The translations under genes and the position numbers were made by a program. 54,494 nucleotides of DNA, from the sequence record SRR20825006_2186; one strand, given 5' to 3'. This document shows positions 49,034 through 54,494 of the stretch, in pieces (within the stretch, counting starts at the first letter, position 1; the number at the start of each line of letters is the position of its first letter). The notes beneath the pieces were generated by a model that was not told the origin of the DNA, did not search any database, and saw only the letters and a program-made list of their open reading frames with translations.

Positions 49034-50533
49034 TCAACTAATTTTAAATGGATGAAGTCCATCGGCCACTTTTCGGTCGTTGGCAAGGCGTTGGACCTTG
49101 TTCTGCCCTCCCAGTTTACCTATGGATTTCATATAATCCTGGAAACCATTTGGTTTGATGCTGCTTATCTTTAGCGGTTGGAGAATATTGCCATCGATAA
49201 GGTCAAAATAGTAGCTGTTCTGTTGTTTCATGCTCTCCTCTATGATGTCAATAAACTTTTTCATGTCAGATGGCTCCCTTTGAAATTCGATGAACCATTC
49301 ATGATAGGGCAGTTCCCCTTCCACGGGATTGGTCTGCGGGGCTACGGTAAATTCGTTTACCAGTGCATCCGTCCCTTCAACGGCTAGGCGTAGTGCCTCT
49401 TCAACCTCTTTAGCGATTACGTGTTCCCCAAAAGCAGAAATAAAATGCTTGATGCGCCCCGAAACCATTATTTTATATGGGTTTTTGGAAATAAACCGAA
49501 CGGTATCCCCAAGATTATAGCCCCAAAGTCCAGCATCTGTAGAAATTACCATTGCATAATCGACCCCTATTTCCACATCTGCAATGGTCAATCGTTTTGG
49601 GTTCTCATCAAAAAATTCATCGGCCTTGACAAACTCATAAAAAATACCCGCGTCCAGCAACAACAACATCCCCTTTTCCTTTTGGGAGTTTTGGTAGGCA
49701 AAAAATCCTTCACTGGCGGGGAACAGTTCAATACTGTCCACCTTTCTCCCTATAAGATTTTCAAATTTGGCCCTATATGGCTCGTAATTCACTCCTCCAT
49801 ATATGAACAATTGAAACTCTTTGAAAAGTTCCCCGACTTTTTTCCCTGTCTTGGAGTTCAATTTTTCAAAGTACATCTGCACCCATGACGGAATACCGGC
49901 TATTACCGACATATTCTCTTTTTCGGTCTCCTCGACAATTTTGTCCACCTTGGTCTCCCAATCCTCAATGCAATTGGTTTCCCAGCTTGGCAATCGGTTC
50001 TTTTGAAGGTAGTTGGGCACATAATGGGCCGAAATCCCTGAAAGCCTTCCCAGCTTGATTCCGTTTTTTTCTTCAAGTTCAGGACTTCCTTGTAAAAAGA
50101 TCATCCGGCCATCCACAAAATCAGCGTTCCCCGTTTCGTGTATGTAATTGAGAATGGCATTTCTGGAAGCTTCCACCTGGTTTTTGATGGAAGGTTTGGT
50201 AATCGGAATATATTTGGCGCCCGAAGTGGTTCCCGAGGTTTTTGCAAAATAGATGGGCTTTCCGGGCCACAGCACATCTTCTTTTCCATCAATTATCTGT
50301 TGTACATATCCCTTTAGTTCCTCATAATCACGTATGGGAACGCGCTCTACAAAATCTTGGTGGGATGTAATGGTTGCAAACTGATGGTCCTTGCCAAAAA
50401 GGGTCCCCTTACCCTGGGTAATCAAGTTGTTAAATACCTTTTGTTGGGTTTTCACAGGTTGATTCACCCATTTTTCGGTTTTCTTGGCTATCCGATTCGC
50501 AAATATTTTCGCGGCAAATGCTTTTAAGGACAT
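49034..50533 (-). CDS. GH3-family acyl-acid amido synthetase-like protein
   Basis: AKTSGTTSGAKYIP (adenylation motif 1), FPASEG, GLWGYNLGD, GGQNKVQRL. Confidence 0.92.
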   Translation of the reverse strand: MSLKAFAAKIFANRIAKKTEKWVNQPVKTQQKVFNNLITQGKGTLFGKDHQFATITSHQDFVERVPIRDYEELKGYVQQIIDGKEDVLWPGKPIYFAKTSGTTSGAKYIPITKPSIKNQVEASRNAILNYIHETGNADFVDGRMIFLQGSPELEEKNGIKLGRLSGISAHYVPNYLQKNRLPSWETNCIEDWETKVDKIVEETEKENMSVIAGIPSWVQMYFEKLNSKTGKKVGELFKEFQLFIYGGVNYEPYRAKFENLIGRKVDSIELFPASEGFFAYQNSQKEKGMLLLLDAGIFYEFVKADEFFDENPKRLTIADVEIGVDYAMVISTDAGLWGYNLGDTVRFISKNPYKIMVSGRIKHFISAFGEHVIAKEVEEALRLAVEGTDALVNEFTVAPQTNPVEGELPYHEWFIEFQREPSDMKKFIDIIEESMKQQNSYYFDLIDGNILQPLKISSIKPNGFQDYMKSIGKLGGQNKVQRLANDRKVADGLHPFKIS

Positions 50534-51403
50534 TTAATTGAAGTCAATATAATTTTGGGGGTCCACCGGTTTGCCCTTTCTCCAAAGTTCAAAATGAAGA
50601 TGGGGTCCCGTAGTAAGTTCTCCCGTGTTTCCGATTGATGCGATTACCTCGCCTGCCCGTACCAAATCCCCTTGTGCCTTGCTCAGGGAACCATTGTGCT
50701 TATATACCGAGGTTATCCCTTCTTGATGTTCTATGATCATTACGTAACCCGTTTCTGTGGTCCATTCCGCAAAAAGCACCGTGCCATCCGCAATTGACTT
50801 GACCGGGGTTTCCCGTGGTGCTACCAAATCCACGGCGTAATGTTTCGTTTTTTGGTCAAACCCTTGGGATATGGTGCCGTTTACAGGTGAAAAGAATAAT
50901 GTCCCCAAGTTTTCGATATCCCTTTCAAAAAGATTGTACTTATCTTCCAGTTCAACCTCTTCCCTCAACAATAGATCCTGTCGTATTGGCGTAAGGTCTA
51001 CGGAAGCAGGGTCCAATTTGTACTGCTCAAACAGAGAGTCCCTATTCACTTGGTTGTTTTCAATGTCACCCCGCAAGACCTTCCTTACATTATCCAAATA
51101 CCGATTGGTATAATTGAGTACGGTAACCAAAGAATCTGTTTTATAAGTAAGGTCGGTTGCCTGTCGTTTTAATCTGGTAGAGGAGTAGCCCGGAATATAT
51201 TCGCGCAATGGGGTAAAAGCTATGATCAAGGTCGTAACTCCGATCAGCACAATAATGAACATGGTACCGGTAACAAAAACGTTAAGCCTGTTCAGCTTAA
51301 AAGATATCTTTTCCTCAAAAGTGCTTTCATTGAGAATGACCAAGCGATACTTGTGCAATAGCTTGCGTTTGAACTCCTTTCTTTTCTTTTTGTCCTTTGC
51401 CAT
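50534..51403 (-). CDS. M23 family metallopeptidase, membrane-anchored
   Basis: N-terminal TM, HYAVD (HxxxD), YKHN, TGPHLHFELW (HxH); ATG at 51403. Confidence 0.94.
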   Translation of the reverse strand: MAKDKKKRKEFKRKLLHKYRLVILNESTFEEKISFKLNRLNVFVTGTMFIIVLIGVTTLIIAFTPLREYIPGYSSTRLKRQATDLTYKTDSLVTVLNYTNRYLDNVRKVLRGDIENNQVNRDSLFEQYKLDPASVDLTPIRQDLLLREEVELEDKYNLFERDIENLGTLFFSPVNGTISQGFDQKTKHYAVDLVAPRETPVKSIADGTVLFAEWTTETGYVMIIEHQEGITSVYKHNGSLSKAQGDLVRAGEVIASIGNTGELTTGPHLHFELWRKGKPVDPQNYIDFN

Positions 51404-51409
51404 GATGAA

Positions 51410-51417
51410 CAAAGATA
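51410..51417 (-). promoter_or_regulatory. Bacteroidota -7 promoter box (TATCTTTG)
   Basis: Matches TAnnTTTG, only 6 nt from the M23 ATG. Confidence 0.55.
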
Positions 51418-51569
51418 GTCTTAGATTTTAATATGCATGTTAAGCTTTTTAAAAAGCTTGGGCCGGTAAGTTCTTAAAAATCATTCTCAAATGCCAATTT
51501 TCGTTAATCGAACACGCTCTTTCACTTCTTTTTAGTACTTTTACATTTCTAATTAAAGGTTTTGATATT

Positions 51570-51767
51570 ATGATTGCTCAAACTATATTTCTTGGTATGC
51601 TAGGTCCTTGGCAGATTGTTTTGATCGTGGCCGTGGTAGTTTTGCTTTTTGGAGGCAGAAAGATTCCAGAGCTGATGAAAGGACTTGGTAGCGGTATCAA
51701 AGAGTTCAAGGACGCGACAAAAGAAGACGATAAATTGGAAGGCGAAACAAAAGAGTCAAAATCCTAA
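51570..51767 (+). CDS. tatA: Twin-arginine translocase TatA/TatE subunit
   Basis: [38 protein letters not shown]. Confidence 0.96.
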   Translation: MIAQTIFLGMLGPWQIVLIVAVVVLLFGGRKIPELMKGLGSGIKEFKDATKEDDKLEGETKESKS

Positions 51768-51989
51768 ATTTGACCTTTTTGACGGTTTGAGGTGTGCCGA
51801 ATTACAAAAAAATTCGAGCAGCAACAACACTTTTTTACCATTCAGCGCCACATTTTCGCTCTTTCACAACAAAAAATTATCACCCCAATTACCTTATCCT
51901 ACTTTAGCGGCTATAACTGAACCGTTAGGCCTCTAAATGCTTAACCTCCAAACGAACACATCATGTTTGTTTGTGCAGATGGAGTGGTA

Positions 51990-54041
51990 ATGAAAAAACT
52001 GATCTTGCTTATTTTTCTTTTGTGCGCACTTGGGACCTTTTCCCAAGAGCTTGCCTTTTCCGAGTATGGGGGAACCTCTTCCACATCCGAAAAGGAGAAC
52101 CTTACAAAAGAACCAGAAACCACAGACTTTGTAAAGCACCTCGATGGTCTTAACGACAAAAAGCTGGACAGGTATCTTCGCAAGCGAGGGACTACGGACA
52201 AGCTCATCGACAAAGGAAATGCGTACTTTGACCTAATGTGGTATGCAGAGGCCGCCCGCATTTTTGATTTGGTCCTGGAAAAAACCGCAGCCAAACACAC
52301 CCAGCACTTGCTCTCGAGAGCTGGAGACTCCCATTACTATACAGGTAACTTGGAAAAAGCGTACCACTGGTACCATGAGCTGCACCAATTGTACAAGGAG
52401 GAAATGGAAGAGGATGCCTTGTTCAAGTACAAGGAAACATTAAAAGGTACGGGCAAATATCAAAGAGCCGCCACCCTGACCAAAATTTTAAGACAGAAAA
52501 GAAACGAGCCCCTAAATGAACTCGATAAGGTTGATCCCAGCACTTGGGAAGCAACTTATGATGTTTCGATCAAAAATTTGAAAATCAACTCTCCCTACTC
52601 CGATTTCTCCCCCATGTTTCACAATGGCTCGGATATCGTCTATGCTTCGGCCAAGGACACTTTGTTTTTAACGACACGTCGGTATCGCTGGACCAATCAA
52701 CCTTTTTTGGACCTTTACCTTGCGCAACAAAAAGGTGGAGACGGTGAACTTTCCGCGCCCAAAAAGTTTTCTAGAAAGATCAACACCAAATATCACGAAG
52801 CCTCAATGGCTTTCTCTCCTGATCAAAAAACAATCTATTTTACGAGGAACAATTATGGAAAGCGTCTGAAAAGGGGCGAAAACGGAATCAACCACTTAAA
52901 GATTTACCGTTCCGAGTTTAAAGATGGCGAATGGACCAAGGCAGAGGAGCTTCCCTTCAATAGTGAAAACTATTCCACAGGCCATCCTGCGGTAAGCCCG
53001 GATGGGGGAAAAATGTATTTTGTTTCGGATAGGCCCGGGGGTTTTGGCGAAACAGATATATATGTGGTGGATATTGATGCAAATGGGGCATTCTCCGAGC
53101 CAAAAAACCTTGGAAAGACCATCAACACCGAAGCGAAGGAAATGTTTCCTTACGCGGTCGAAAACGCGCTCTATTTTTCTTCCAACAGGCCGATGGGCCT
53201 CGGAGGACTGGATGTATATAAATCCGATGGTACAAATGAAACTTTTGGAGTAGGTGTGAACTTGGGCGAACCCATCAACAGTAACAGGGACGATTTCTCC
53301 TATATTGTCGATGCTTCCGGTGAGCAAGGTTATTTTGCGTCCAATCGTAAAGGGGGCAAAGGGGATGATGATATTTATTCCTTTAAATCCATTCCAAACT
53401 TCAACGCCATTGTTGGTTCCGTTGCCAGTGAGTCCTCGGGCATTCCATTGGAAGAAACCAATATAACTTTGTATGATAAAGACGGTATATTCTTGAGCAA
53501 GGCCGTTTCGGACACCACAGGTAGATACGTTTTCAAAAACCTAGATCCATCGACGGGTTATACCCTTGTGGCCACAAAAAATGGTTTTATGGACGACTCC
53601 ATTTCTGTAAAAACCAAAGAGAATGAAAATGTTCCGGTTACCCAATTCTTAAGGAAGGCCGTAAAAGAAAAACCAATAACAGAAGTGTACGAGCCAAGCA
53701 ATGTTTATTTTGCATTCGACAGTTATGAAATTACACCAAAGTACGCTCAGGAGCTGGACAAACTGGTAACGGTACTCAAGGAAAACAAAACACTTTCCCT
53801 AAAAATTGAATCCCATACCGACGCCATTGGTTCAGAAAGCTACAATAAATATTTATCGGACAAGCGCGCCAAATCCACTCGTGACTATATTGTTTCCCAG
53901 GGAATCGACGTTTCAAGAATCTTAAGTGCCGTTGGATACGGGGAAGAGCGCCTGTTGAACAATTGTTCCAATGGAACACCGTGTGCCGCCGACCAGCATC
54001 GCCTGAACAGAAGGTCGGAATTTATCCTTGTAGCCGAATAA
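51990..54041 (+). CDS. TPR-PD40-CarboxypepD_reg-OmpA protein (PorE-like architecture)
   Basis: Start MKKLILL at 51990; TPR region, PD40 repeats (FSPDQKTIYFTR, YFVSDRPGGFG), OmpA domain (VYFAFD, ESHTD, NRRSEF). Confidence 0.92.
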   Translation: MKKLILLIFLLCALGTFSQELAFSEYGGTSSTSEKENLTKEPETTDFVKHLDGLNDKKLDRYLRKRGTTDKLIDKGNAYFDLMWYAEAARIFDLVLEKTAAKHTQHLLSRAGDSHYYTGNLEKAYHWYHELHQLYKEEMEEDALFKYKETLKGTGKYQRAATLTKILRQKRNEPLNELDKVDPSTWEATYDVSIKNLKINSPYSDFSPMFHNGSDIVYASAKDTLFLTTRRYRWTNQPFLDLYLAQQKGGDGELSAPKKFSRKINTKYHEASMAFSPDQKTIYFTRNNYGKRLKRGENGINHLKIYRSEFKDGEWTKAEELPFNSENYSTGHPAVSPDGGKMYFVSDRPGGFGETDIYVVDIDANGAFSEPKNLGKTINTEAKEMFPYAVENALYFSSNRPMGLGGLDVYKSDGTNETFGVGVNLGEPINSNRDDFSYIVDASGEQGYFASNRKGGKGDDDIYSFKSIPNFNAIVGSVASESSGIPLEETNITLYDKDGIFLSKAVSDTTGRYVFKNLDPSTGYTLVATKNGFMDDSISVKTKENENVPVTQFLRKAVKEKPITEVYEPSNVYFAFDSYEITPKYAQELDKLVTVLKENKTLSLKIESHTDAIGSESYNKYLSDKRAKSTRDYIVSQGIDVSRILSAVGYGEERLLNNCSNGTPCAADQHRLNRRSEFILVAE

Positions 54042-54054
54042 ATCACACTTCCGG

Positions 54055-54076
54055 AGGGATTTGCTCCCTGCTTTTT
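54055..54076 (+). terminator. Weak putative terminator after the OmpA gene
   Basis: AGGGA-tttgc-TCCCT followed by GCTTTTT; only a 5-bp stem. Confidence 0.35.
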
Positions 54077-54085
54077 CAAGAATAT

Positions 54086-54145
54086 TGCACTTTATCGATA
54101 TCCCTGTCCGACCAACAGCGCTTGGTTCGCGTGCACTTTATCGAT
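54086..54145. repeat. 14-bp perfect direct repeat TGCACTTTATCGAT x2
   Basis: Copies at 54086-54099 and 54132-54145 in intergenic DNA. Confidence 0.75.
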
Positions 54146-54281
54146 CAAAGGGATAGGCTGGTAGACCTCTGGTCCTAAGCTGCCTATTTCACCTTGTTTT
54201 TAATGCGTTTTGTCCTTTTGTTTTCGGTTCCATCCCAGTATATCGAATCTTTGGCCTGTATTTAATCCTTAAATCAGACAT

Positions 54282-54452
54282 ATGAAAAAATTACTACTCG
54301 TTAAAGAAATCTATTTGGAGGGGTTTAGAAACCTTGGGCACATCATCATAGAAAAATACTTTAAAGTATTCGCATGGTTTAGCTTTGTTATGTTCTTTAT
54401 AGTGCTTTATGCATTTGTATATAGGATGGCCACAGGTTTTGCATTTGATTGA
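54282..54452 (+). CDS. Small membrane protein, 56 aa (DUF6747-like)
   Basis: Read manually: MKKLLLVKEIYLEGFRNLGHIIIEKYFKVFAWFSFVMFFIVLYAFVYRMATGFAFD; one TM; below the ORF-track cut-off. Confidence 0.85.
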   Translation: MKKLLLVKEIYLEGFRNLGHIIIEKYFKVFAWFSFVMFFIVLYAFVYRMATGFAFD

Positions 54453-54494
54453 TAAGTCCATCATATTTAAAAAACCAAAAGGCCCTACAATTGT

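Noticed and set aside
54086-54145. Mini-CRISPR array
   Set aside because: Only two 14-bp copies, too short for CRISPR repeats, and no cas genes.
1-54494. tRNA, rRNA, IS, prophage or defence genes
   Set aside because: None recognised; the window is almost fully tiled by assignable CDSs and intergenic gaps are short.

Overview
Bacterial chromosomal window from a Bacteroidota organism, most likely a marine Flavobacteriaceae (inferred from gene content, TAnnTTTG promoter boxes and Gln+1 signal peptides). Left arm (1-19.8 kb): F0F1 ATP synthase genes atpB-E-F-H-A-G' on the - strand, preceded by an ABC pair, SprE/PorW-like T9SS lipoprotein, bactofilin and AtpZ/AtpI-like genes. These are followed by a PaaE-like reductase, patatin, fasciclin, a two-gene AhpD-like/ArsS-type radical SAM unit, an unknown lipoprotein, GT9-DUF4254 and purD. 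Centre (20.0-47.3 kb): an approximately 27 kb, visibly AT-richer Wzx/Wzy surface-polysaccharide locus. It contains rml genes, wecB/wecC split by a secreted beta-helix gene, an FrhB-like Fe-S protein with a pyruvyl transferase, a WbuX/HisH/HisF-type amidotransferase trio, a bi-domain oxidoreductase with a heparinase II/III-like protein, an EpsG polymerase, an O-antigen ligase-like protein, WecA-like and UXS. Right arm: DUF6909-like, GH3 and M23 genes, tatA, a PorE-like OmpA protein and a 56-aa membrane protein missing from the ORF track. No rRNA, tRNA, CRISPR or transposase was seen; two related palindromic REP/MITE-like elements are present. The most interesting leads are hypotheses: a possible 3,5-epimerisation/amidination route from UDP-ManNAcA to an L-GalNAcA/L-GalNAmA-type sugar, a possible lactyl-ether-forming pair, and an AMP-nucleosidase-like motif pattern in DUF6909 next to a GH3 ligase. 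All family assignments come from motif recognition, not database searches.
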